Assembly (NCBI RefSeq): GCF_006345805.1
Contig: NC_043024.1
Coordinates: forward strand, 4,588,001 to 4,652,000
Reading direction: 5' to 3'
Source: Octopus sinensis
Lineage: Eukaryota
Length of the DNA: 64,000 nucleotides
Both the position numbers and the translations under genes were made by a program. Below the pieces are notes generated by a model. It saw only the letters and a list, made by a program, of their open reading frames with translations, did no database searches and was not told the DNA's origin. Shown here one piece after another: positions 39,916 through 51,101 of this stretch; within the stretch, counting starts at the first letter, position 1; each line of letters starts with the position of its first letter.

Positions 39916-40391
39916 TATTTCTAATATCCGTTTTTAATTAAGAGCTGAGGTGCTTCACATAAATTCGTAAAAGACTTTCTTGCTCCTGTTTCTTACGCAT
40001 TTTTATTGCTTGATCGGTTCCACTTGACAACTGATATTTAAGAGAAAACCCAATCAAATATATACACGATTGGTAATTAAATTTCTAAAGAAACAGATGC
40101 AGCATTTTTGATTATGTGGACCTGAAAAATATTAATTAACGTTTGTTGTAATGAGGAAGAAATTCTCTTGAAGCTCTCTTTGTCCACTCTGAGTTCAGTT
40201 TTCACTACAATATATTCTTCTCACACCTTCCTCGTTAACTCACTCTACATATATACATACATATATATATATATATTTATTGTGTAAGTATTTTATTTAT
40301 ATAAATATTTCTATTATATATGTGTCATGCCATATATCTGATTGTTTCGATGTGTTGACTAAGTTAAAAGGGTACTACTTAAGAAGGGTGC

Positions 40392-40557
40392 TCCCGGTGC
40401 GCGCACTCGCGTATCCGCCCTAGCTAGTCGATCCTTACTTTGTGTTTTTGTTTTATTTACTTTGTGTTTTTGTGTTTTATTTACTTTACTACGTAGTCGT
40501 TGTAGGATCGACTAGTCACGACTAGCTAGAGCGGATGCGTGAGTGCGCGCACCTGGA
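40392..40557. mobile_element. Short MITE with CpG-rich imperfect TIRs
   Basis: GGTGCGCGCACTCGCGTATCCGC...GCGGATGCGTGAGTGCGCGCACC. Confidence 0.7.
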
Positions 40558-40699
40558 CAACTCTAATTAAGTAATACCAGTTAAAAGAAAGAATTTCACT
40601 AAACAAATACGATCTATTGCATTTCAGTCTGTTTCAGGGTTAGGGGAAGGGTATCTTTTTTTTCTTCACAAATGTAAATAAACCCAATCTGTTTCTTAA

Positions 40700-41784
40700 C
40701 CCTTTCGTTACTATATTTCTGACCAAATTACACCCCTTATGTGTTTCAATTAATTTCTAACGTAATCATAAATTTAGTCTGGTTTCATTAAACAACTATA
40801 ACTTTTTTATTTATCGATATATTAATCTGATTTTTGGAAGATAATTTAATGAAATATTCTCAACCAATTCTATACTATAATTTTTGTCACAAAGTGACTC
40901 TATTTGCAGGTAGATACAGGTAAATTCAACAAAATATAAAATTATTAAAATTTTGTTCAAACATCGCTATAGAAAATATTAGCTAATATTCAATTGGGTA
41001 TAAACAAAATTTTACGATAGAATTTGTTATTCTGGGTAACTTTCTGATACCCATAATAATATTTATGGCAAAATAGTCTTAATTTCATTTAAGGTTGTGG
41101 GAAATAACAAACTATCCTTTCTTTCGTTTTGTTTACGTTTAGCGTAACGGTTCGTTTTCGCTGTAATGATTTCAAATAGGCTCATTCGAAAAAGTAAATA
41201 GAAATAGCCTAAGGCTTTTTTTACCCTTCTGGGAAAGTCTGTGGCTTGGTCCAGTTTCTGCAGAAAAATCACCGAAAGAAACAGTTTTTAAATTTTCACT
41301 CCATTCAGGTGCCAATTCGTTTTCTTTATCGCTATCGGAGATCTCAGATTCACTGTTTTCACTTTCGGAAAATGAAACATCAAATTCATTATCAAATACC
41401 ATGTGCTTTTTTTTTTTCAGTCATATAGTTAGATTTATGAAGGTCTTCAGTAGAAAATCCTTCGAATTCTGACTCGCTGCTTGATATAATGAAATTCGTA
41501 TCCATTTTTTGTCAGAATTACAAATTTTGAAAACACAATAGGAACAAATTTCGGAAAAAAATCTCCCAAAATTCACGGAATTAAAATTACACTTCGATTA
41601 TTGTACAAAACTGTAGTTGAACTGTTTACGAAGTATAATACGTGTTTTCACGAATGTACTGAAGAGATTTGCTCTGATATTCTCATTTAAATATGAATAG
41701 GTAAATTCGGGCGGCTTTGGGCGGTTTGGTTTCATAAACCAAAATTTTTTTCGGGCGGCTTTGGGCGGTTTGGTAACGAAAGGG
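40700..41784 (-). mobile_element. Internally deleted piggyBac element
   Basis: TTAA target duplication (40696-40699, 41785-41788), 12-bp TIR CCCTTTCGTTAC, subterminal direct repeats, and N-terminal transposase fragments (acidic stretch; FYLLF...TNRYA...PTTLNEIK). Confidence 0.9.
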
Positions 41785-42849
41785 TTAAACGAGGGACATA
41801 TTCATACGGCACAGAATGTTTTTTACCTCAATAGACGTCAATGATTGGTTGAAATTGCAGAAAAATACAACAACAAATATCTTACAAAGTATAGAATTTT
41901 CTCAATAAAGCCAAGAGAAAAAAATATTCTATAAACATATTCTACCAGTATACGAAGTTTAAAATTTTTTAGTTACCTAGAAATTATGTTAAAAACTGCC
42001 GTTCAAACCGAAAAGATCCAGGCTGTTATTTTAATACTTTCATTCTGTTTGTTTTCTTTTAGACATTTCATTGCACTTTTGGTTATTTCCTATTTCCTAA
42101 AAATGTTTTATTTTGACACATTCTACCAGTATATGAAGTTTGAAAGTGTTTAGTTAACTAGAAATTGTCTACCGTTCAAAAGGAAAAGATCCAAACACCG
42201 TACTGAGCAAAAGAATTTGTGCAGGAACGTTATAGTTGCCTTCAAGGTAGGTTGACTGCACCTACATCCTTCCAACCACTTTGTAAGGCTATCAATCATG
42301 ATCAAGTAGCTCAAGCATAGTCTATATGTACCCAGGACCACAAACTCATAGTCTCAGACCACAATTGGTATTTCTCTGGTGGTGCCTTGGCTGCTAATGC
42401 ACAATCTCTACATAATTTTTACCAAATTTTGAATGTCCCGGTCCATTGCTGGCCAATACACATGACTCCCCATCAAAGCTTACAGTCATGACATCCCCGG
42501 GGGTTCACAATGAAATTCATGTAATGTCCTTTTCTGTACTGCAGTTGGTTCTACCACTCTTTGTGTTCACATTAATACATTGTCACAGATTTTCCTGCTT
42601 CATTGGTGTGTCTAGGAGTTGTTATTATAATACATGTGTCCACTCTATGATAGAAACTTCTCAAAAATGATGAGATTGGATAAGTTTAATACTTCTACAA
42701 TTTAGCAAAATAGAAGTGTTATAAATTTGCACTTTTGAATATCTACCTTTTAAACATATTCTATGTCTTATATTATTTTTTCTATTCTTTCAGAAAAATC
42801 ACATGAAATTGGCTAAAAAGAAAGAAAAGACGATAAGGTTAGGAATGAG

Positions 42850-44033
42850 GTGGGAAGAGGAAGAAAAGACTCAGAAAGAAGTGTGCAAATCCTTCCTGTC
42901 ATTCCTAAAGGGAGCAGGGCTGATGAAGTGCACGCATGCCTTAAGTCATCCATGTTGTGGCCCCAGGCTAAGACCTTAAGCCTAAGCACAAACATGCATG
43001 CGCACTTGCTTGGTGATAGAATGTCTGCTGCATTTGCAGAAGAAATTTTGGCCCTTGGAGAAGACAAGGTCCCTAGGAATGATAGGGGCGACATATCAAT
43101 CTATGATCTGTGCAACTCCGTGAACAACCCTTCTGGTTTTTTGGAAACAGTGTTCCCCAATCTGGAAAGTAATTATGCAGACATCAATTGGCTCGGTGAA
43201 AGAACCATCCTGGCCCCACAAAACGTAGGTGTCAGTGCTATCAATGACCAGCTCATATGACGAATTCCGGGTGAGGAGTACATCTACAAATCAATTGACC
43301 TGACGTCTGACCCCCAAGGCATTGTCATTTACCCTAACGAGTTTCTCAACTCATTGGAGCCAGAAGTGCTTCCACCTCACATCGTTAGGCTAAGGGTTGG
43401 ATGCCCAATTAGGCTAATCAGAAACTTAATTCCACCTAAACAGTGCCACAGGACCCGCTTAGTAATCAAGTCCCTGACGCCCCACTTGATTGAGGCCACC
43501 ATTGTAACAGGGTGCAGGAGGGGTGAAAATGTTTTCATTTCAACGATGCAGCTTTATCCCCCACGGTCATACATGCCGGTGAAGTTCTGCAGATTGCAAT
43601 GTCCGGTGAGACCATGCTTCACCATCTCCATCAATAAATCCCAAGGCCAAACACCATCGATTTGGGGTTTTCAATTCAATGAGGATAAATAATTGATAAA
43701 CTATTTCCTTATAGGGTTTCTGCTAAAATTGGCTACACCCCATTTTCAACCATAACTTTTACCAATTTTGACATATTTTGCTCAAACTCGATGCCAGCAT
43801 TACTTAGGACTCATGGGATCTTTGAATGCTTTAGTTCTCCAAAAAAGCGATGAGAAGAAATAATCGATAAACTGATTCCTTATGGTATTTCCCAATCAAA
43901 TTCCCTGCGATCCCAATTTCAGCAGATTTCGCACGAATGTGATGTCCTTGTCACTTATTTTAGTTTGAAATAACTCACTTCATCTCTTAATGATCCGAAT
44001 TTAATACCGAGCAACGCCGGGTTATACTGCTAC
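42850..44033 (+). mobile_element. Helitron remnant: PIF1-type helicase C-terminal part and 3' terminus
   Basis: ILPVIPKGSRADEVHACLKSS, LPPHIVRLRVGCPIRLIRNL and ISINKSQGQT; hairpin CCGAGCAACGCCGG followed by CTAC (CTAG variant). Confidence 0.88.
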
Positions 44034-44085
44034 TCAAATATATATCAGTAAAGCCGTTAAAATTTCAAGACAAGAGTTAGTTCCC

Positions 44086-47000
44086 CTTGTTGACTTTCAT
44101 CTGCGTTTTGAGAAATATGCTGCCTTTTGTTGAGAGAGTTCGATTTTTTGCTCATCGTTGTTTGTGTTAATTGTTAATTGAACAGTGCCCGTTGTGTAAC
44201 GGTAATTTTCGCCCTACGGGGCAGAAAATTCTGTTTAAAATTGTTATTACCTTCGAGGTAATTTTTGAAACATTTTTGAGAAATGGATTTCGACTTGGCG
44301 TCGAAGAATGATTTTCCCGCGATGGGAACAAGTGAATTAAAGGACACTGAAGTAAAAAAACAGTCTTTTTCGGCCGCGGTAGGCGGAACCATGATGGACG
44401 TTGAATTCAAGATCGAACAACTATTCGAATTCCGGAACTTTGTAAAAATGGAAGGAAACGAAATCAAACTTGTACCGCCGCAAGCGAAGGTACAAGAAAT
44501 AAAGGAAAAGACAGTTATATACAAAGTGTATAGCTACAAAGAAAAAAAAAATTATGGACGTTAGAAACGAGATAGTCGAAAAGTGCTTGTCCCCGGTGTG
44601 GGACAAAATTCGCCATGTCGTTCGAGGTGCTCGCAGCGCTACTGTTGAAGCACATTTTGACTCGGCTGAGGTAGCAAGAGAGGTGTCATCAATGACCCTG
44701 AAAAATGATGATATCATGTTGCTACCCTCGTATATGGGAAAAAGAACAGCTAAACTGCTGGTAGAGGACATACCGAGAGGGTATGATATAATGTGGGTAG
44801 CAGCGGCGGTCCTGCACAATGTAGAGCGGGAAGTTTCGATTCTGCAGATGAGAAGGAAAGAGGAGGTACGCTGGAAGGGACAGACGCTGGAACTCCTCGT
44901 TCAGGCAGAAAACAAGATATTGGAGAACCTGCCCGATAGGATATTTAATGAGGATGGAACGTCCATGAGATTGTCAGTGGAGGGGCGCAGACCTAGGTGC
45001 TTTAAATGTGGCGAGAAGGGTCACGTCCGCTCGAACTGCTTAAAAAAAAAGAAAACCAACGAAGCCCCTCCTCAAAGTGCTTCAAACACTGAAGGGGAGA
45101 AGGCGGAAAAAGAAAACAAGACGACGACAAGCAAAGAAACAGAAACGGAGGATTGTATCGAACAAATGGATTACACACAGGTGACACACAAAAGAAAAAA
45201 AGATAACACCCTGGACTCCCCTCCCCAAACAAGGAAAAAATCAGCAATCACCGCAGACATACATACAAAGCAAATTCCCCAGCCCTACCCCCACGGCACT
45301 GTATTCATTGGAAAACAGTTCGCCAAGTCCCTCCCCATAAAACAAGATGTGAAAAAGTCTTTAAAAAAAAATGATAAGATCATTGCATTTGATGAAAAAA
45401 ACGAGAGGGTATATAAATACTTTAAATTTTCAAAATTTAAACTATTTAGCAAGGCTACAGACATAAAAGCAACCACTCGCTTCGCAAAAATAAAGGAAGA
45501 CGAGTGGAAGGAGGAAATACTACAAGAACATCTAAAGAATAGACTGATAAGACACGTAACAAAAGAAGTACTGGAGGGTAAACTTGTTATAACCCCGGCA
45601 ACCACACCTACCCAGAGCCCGGTGGCAACGATGGTTAAGAGCCCTGCAGCTACGACCACAAGGGAGGAAGAAGGGGAAGCGGGCAGATTTAAACTGTCAT
45701 GCTCCCTTTCTCAACCGTAAGTTCATTTATTTTTTCTCTCACCGACAATGGCTAAGCTGGGTTGTGTGAATGTACGTGGAATGGGGACGAAATGGAAACA
45801 AATTTGTTTCCTGAACGACCTCACGACACATGGAGTAGACATAGCTATTGCAACCGAGTCCAAGATGAACGAGGCCCAAGCGTTCTCGCCTCTTCTAAAT
45901 GGGTTCGAGAAATTTATTTCTCCTAGCCGAGGAAGAGGCAGAGGCGTGGCAGTCCTTATCAGGAAGAGCTTGGACTTGCAGGTAAGTACTGTCTTTCTGG
46001 ACCCAGAAGGCAGGCTGGTTGTTCTGGATGTGACCCACGTAAGTAAACAGTCCTTCAGGTTGGTAGCTGTCTACGCTAACGAACGAGGGTAGACAGACGG
46101 GTTTTTTTCGGAACCTGGAGCCCTTTTTAGCGACGTCGAAAACGGTAATCCTAGTAGGGGACTTTAACACTGTCCTTGAAGCGCGGGTCGACAGTGTTGG
46201 CTCAACCAATAGGAAGGGGAACCCTAGCCTCAAGGGTCTACTAGAGAGCTTTGATCTAGTGGACCGTTACCGACTGGATGAGCCGAGCGTTCCACAGTGG
46301 ACGTGGAGTAACAACGACGGCTCACACAGATCGTATTTAGATAGGATATTTATTAAGAAAAGAGATAAGGATACGTTTAGTTGTCCACAGTTTCACATTG
46401 TGCCTTACACGGATCACAAATTTGTGACGTGTAGGATGCAATTAGACAAGTGTCATAGACAGGGACCCGGGTACTGGAAGCTGAACAAGGCTATTTTGAA
46501 TTGTGAAGACTTCCGTACCCGGATTAAGGTGTTAGTACAGAGGGCATTGTGTGGCACCATCATTAACAATAGATGGTGGCACTCCCTCAAAAGAGCCATT
46601 CGTTCAGAGTCCATTAGATTTAGCAATCAGCTAAGGTTAGATAGGTCTAGGATAGAGGACGATTTAATTAAGAATCTAAACGAGGCAATGGAAGCTGGCT
46701 CTGCATCCGGAGTGATGGCGGCAAGGACGGTATTGTACCGTCACCTTAACTCCAAACACGAAGGTTGCAGAGTCAGAGCTAAGCTACGCGCTGGGAAACG
46801 AGAAGGTATTAACGTTGCCGGATGGGTCCGTCGAGTAGAGAGTCAGAGAGGTAACAAAGCCTCAATCAAGTCTTTAACTGACGAACAGGGACAAAAGATC
46901 TATGGACAGGAGGAGATGCAAAAGTTTCTTCACCAGCATTTCACCCGCGTGTTCGGGGGTGGTGTGGAGCCGGAGCGGGGGAGGACCATAAAGGACTTCC

Positions 47001-49395
47001 TGGCCGGCGGGCCGCGGCTCTCGGGGCGTGAGGTGGAGTGCTGTGAAGAAGCGATCACTCCCGCGGAGATAGAGGGGATACTGGCCGGATGCGCCGGGGA
47101 GAAGTCGCCGGGGTTGGATGGTCTGCCCTACGAGTTTTACCAAAGTATGCCGGACTTGTTCGGGGGAATATTGGCAGGCGTCTACACGAACTGGCAGCAG
47201 AATGGGAGAATTCCCAGTTCTGTAAGCCGGGGAGTGGTGACGCTAATCCAGAAAGACCCGAGCAAGGGGGATAACATTAGTAACTACAGGCCCATAACTC
47301 TACTTAATGTAGAGTTAAAGATTTTGGCCAAGGTGTTGGCAAAAAGGTTGACGGTTGTCGTGGAGAAACTTGTAGGGAGAGCACAGACATGTGCAATTCC
47401 AGGCAGGTCGATCCAGGACAATCTTCACCTTATACGCTACACCTTAGATAGGGTGGGTAAATTAACCGACAAGGGCGGGGTAATGGTCCATTTAGACCAA
47501 AGTAAAGCGTTCGATAGGGTAGACCATGAGTACCTGGCGACGGTCCTCGAAGCGGCTGGACTGGGCCCTGAATTTCGCGGGTGGATCTCCGCTATGTATA
47601 GCGGCATCAAGTCCACCGTCCAGATAAACGGTTACCTAACGGAACCGTTTTCGATCGAATGTTCAGTTCGTCAAGGGTGCCCCTTGTCACCACTTTTGTA
47701 CGTGTTGGCTCTTGAGCCATTGCTGCGAAAGTTGGAGAGGCTGGGAAGTAACTCGGATGAGATCGGAGGTGGGAGGACGGTTACTGCTTATGCGGATGAC
47801 GTCACCCTCATCGTGTCCAATGAGGCCCAGCTACCTTGTGTGGAAGAGGCTATCAGAAGAGACGAGGCGGTGGCAGGAGCAAAGGTTAACAAGGACAAGT
47901 CGGTTGGCTTGCGCCTCGGCACCTGGAGGAGCAAGTCGATATCGTCCAGTGTCGTGGGACACTGGACGGATGGCCCTGTTAAGTTGCTAGGAGTTTGGTT
48001 TGGGCCAGACTCCCAAACGGAGAGGAACTGGAGTGAGGTGACGAGCAAGGTGGAGGCCATAGTACGGACCTGGTCCTGAAGGTTTCTGTCCTTGAAAGGA
48101 AGGGCGGAGCTGTTACAGATGTTCATTGCATCTGTAATCACTTAAGGCCTGACCGTTGTCCCTTGCCCCGATTCATGGCTTAGCAAGTTGGAGCGAATCC
48201 TTTTCCGCTTTTTTTGAAGGGAGGAAAGCCACTTGTGAGGCGCTCCGTTTGCTGCCAGGAACTGTTAAAGGGTGGGTTAGGAATGCCTTGGTTGATGATG
48301 CGCAGACATGCGTTGAGGCTGAAGCATCTCTGGCACCAACTGGAGGGTGATAAGGTGTGGAGTCCGCTGGCAGGGGAATTTTTCCCGAGACCGGCCTCCT
48401 TAGTGAATTTTAAACCCGGTTTCATCAAAAGATGGAAACTGACTTTATGGCAAAAGGAGTGCCGACAGGCACTCACGCTGATCCACAAGACGGGCAAGGC
48501 CGGCTGCGGAAATACCACCTCGGTATTTTATAGAAGGCTGGTAGAGGCAAAGAACGACGACGTCCTAGGAGGGGCTCTGGGGTTTGACGAAGACCAGCTT
48601 ACCAACCTGTTTAAAAAGACTTTCAGGACGGGGTATTTGGATAATTTCCAAAGATCCCTGGCCTGGCAGTGCTATAGGAATGCTTTACCTGTTCGCGAGA
48701 AGTTATCGCGGCACGGAATTTCAGTGCCACCGACGTGTCCAAGGTGCGAGTTGGACGATGAAACCGTCCAGCACGCTTTTGTACACTGTCGGAAGTTGTC
48801 AGACTTGATAAGTTACGCAGAACACGTGTTATCGCATCTGGGACGAGTACAGCTGTCGGCTGAGTCTATGATTAAGATGATACCGCCAACTGGACTCTCG
48901 AAGGAAGGTGAGGCATGTTTTTACTGCACGGTTGCAGTAGTAAAAGAATGCATGTGGCGTACAAGAATGGAAGGAGTCGCGATAGGATCCTTTGTCTCGG
49001 GCCCCGGCTTGCTCACTTACTTCAGATATCATCTGAAGAGCAAAATGGGGCTGGAAAAGAGGATCTTACCACGGGGTGTGTATGAGAAAAGATGGAAGGA
49101 AGTGGAAAAAAAGGTGGGTGTCAGAAACCCAGCTTAACTATGGAGGGAGGAGAGGAAACAAAAGCTGCGGGGCCTTATAAATTGCCGGGGTTTAAAACTT
49201 CGGTAAGATCGAAAGTTTATGTAATGTTATAATATTCTATTGGTCATGTAAAGGACAATTTACAGACGAATTTTTATAATGAATAATCCAAATGTTATGG
49301 AAAATTTTTAATCGAACCTCTTAACTGTTTTTTTCATGTATGTCTTGTATTTGTCCTTCTATGTAACGATCGTATAATCATAATAAAGAAATATG
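44086..49395 (+). mobile_element. Full-length but inactivated Tx1/L1-clade LINE copy b (ORF1 44283-45720; ORF2 45748-49137)
   Basis: Same domains as copy a; frameshifts at ~44550, ~46080 and ~48210; stops at 48077 and ~48145. Confidence 0.93.
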
Positions 49396-49407
49396 GAGTT
49401 AGTTCCC

Positions 49408-51101
49408 TAACGTTTGACGTCGGTTGTGTTTTTCTCAGCTCGTAGAATTCGGTGAAAAAGAACAAAAAGTGTTGTTGTTGTGGAGTTTTGAACTTCGGTT
49501 GATGCGGTTTCGCGTCGCACTGGTTTTGCGCGTTGCACTGTTTCTGTTTGGGCGGCCGTTTTCGGTCTGAGGAGATTATGAGCCGCCTCTCCCTAACTGG
49601 TGAGATGGCCGGGAGGAATTTATTTGAAAGTTTGCCGGAATTGTCAACATCTGAGGAGGAGTTGGAAGAAGCAGTGGCAAAAATGGACAGGAAGCTGGAA
49701 AGTACCTACGCAGGAATAATGAGGAAGTCGATAGAAAAAGAGGTGGACCTGGCTGAACTACCAGGCTTCCAGAATTTTATGAAGGAGGAGGAGAACGGCG
49801 AAGTCGAGCTGTCACCTCCAGCAAAGCGGGGCGAGTGGTTCAACCGTAGAACCATAAAATATAGAGTGTACGAGAATGGAGGAAGAAAGATGGAAATAGT
49901 CAATATGGAAGTTATTGAAGAGGCATTGAAACAGACTGGAGAGGAAATTGTTTACCTGACTAGAGGAATGGAGTATGGAACGGTTGCGGTGCAGTATAGA
50001 AGTGAGAACGTCGCCAAAAAAATAGCAGCCAAGGTGGTGAAGACCGAGAAAATATACTTACTGCCCTCGTATCTAAATAGAAGGACCACAAGAATTAGGG
50101 TGGAGGGAATACCTCCACACCTAGAGGGTGAATACATAACGGCAGCGGTGATTAAGGGAAACGAGGAAAAGGTGGACATCCTCCACGCCACGATGAAATA
50201 CGAAGGCGTGAGAGGTGCTACCTTGGACATGAATATGCAGACGGAGGCGGAAGCAGTGGAAGGGCTGACAGATACTGTAGGAACGGGGAACATTATTATG
50301 AGAGTGTGGGTGGAGGGCAGGGCGCCCAGGTGCTATAAGTGTGGCCTGAGGGGTCACATAAGAGCCTACTGCCCTCCCCCACCAAAGGAAAAGGAAATCG
50401 TTACGGAACCCCAAAAGAAGGAAGACACTAAAGAAAAGGAGAACCAAACAGAAAGGGAAGCAACTGAAGGGGAGGAGATCCAGCAAGAGTGGGAAGAAGG
50501 GAGAAAAAAAAGGAAAAGAAAGAAAAAAGAAAACAGTACGAAACCCTAACCCACCCCAACACCACACGTACCCTCTGAATCCCATCCCTCCCCTGCAAAC
50601 AGCGATTCCACCCACTCCCCGCCTACAAGAAAAACAAAAACAAATGCAGACACACAGAACGAACAAAGTCCCAGGACCTATTTTTTGTATGTTGCGAGGA
50701 GGAGGGACACCCAGAACTCGAAAAGGATGGTACATAAAGACTTATGGCGCGAACATGAAGATGGTAGTTACGCGGTTGTGAAATATGAATTTATGGAGAC
50801 ATTGGCGAGGAGGTGTGAGGAAGAGGGTATAAAATGGATGACAGTGCCGATGCAGGGTGAAATGATAGAGATGTATGAAAGGAAAACGAAGAGTGTGATA
50901 GAAAAACTAGGAATTGTAATTGGAAATGGGTGATAAAGGACAGGTAAGTGATGCTGGCGGATGGGGCCGAGAGCGTCGCTTTCATATTATCATTTTTTCA
51001 TTTAATAATTCATTGTTCATAAATTTAATGTTAATGTTCTATGTCCCCAATGTTTTGTAATGTCCCCTCTTCGCCGCCCCTGGTGGGTAATAAAAAAATC
51101 G
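49408..51101 (+). mobile_element. ORF1-only (HAL1-like) non-autonomous retroelement related to the adjacent Tx1 ORF1
   Basis: ORF 49578-50933 with one in-frame TAA at 50547-50549; LLPSYLNRRT / VEGRAPRCYKCGLRGHIRAYC homologous to the Tx1 ORF1; no ORF2; ends AATAAAAAAA; flanked on both sides by GAGTTAGTTCCC. Confidence 0.8.

Larger units (their letters stand above)
39950..42820 (+). promoter_or_regulatory. ZNF upstream module (plus orientation) ending just after the splice acceptor; probably the displaced 5' part of ZNF-B
   Basis: Blocks align with 51130-51500, 51540-51610 and 53100-53272; stops abruptly at GGCTAAAAAG. Confidence 0.7.
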
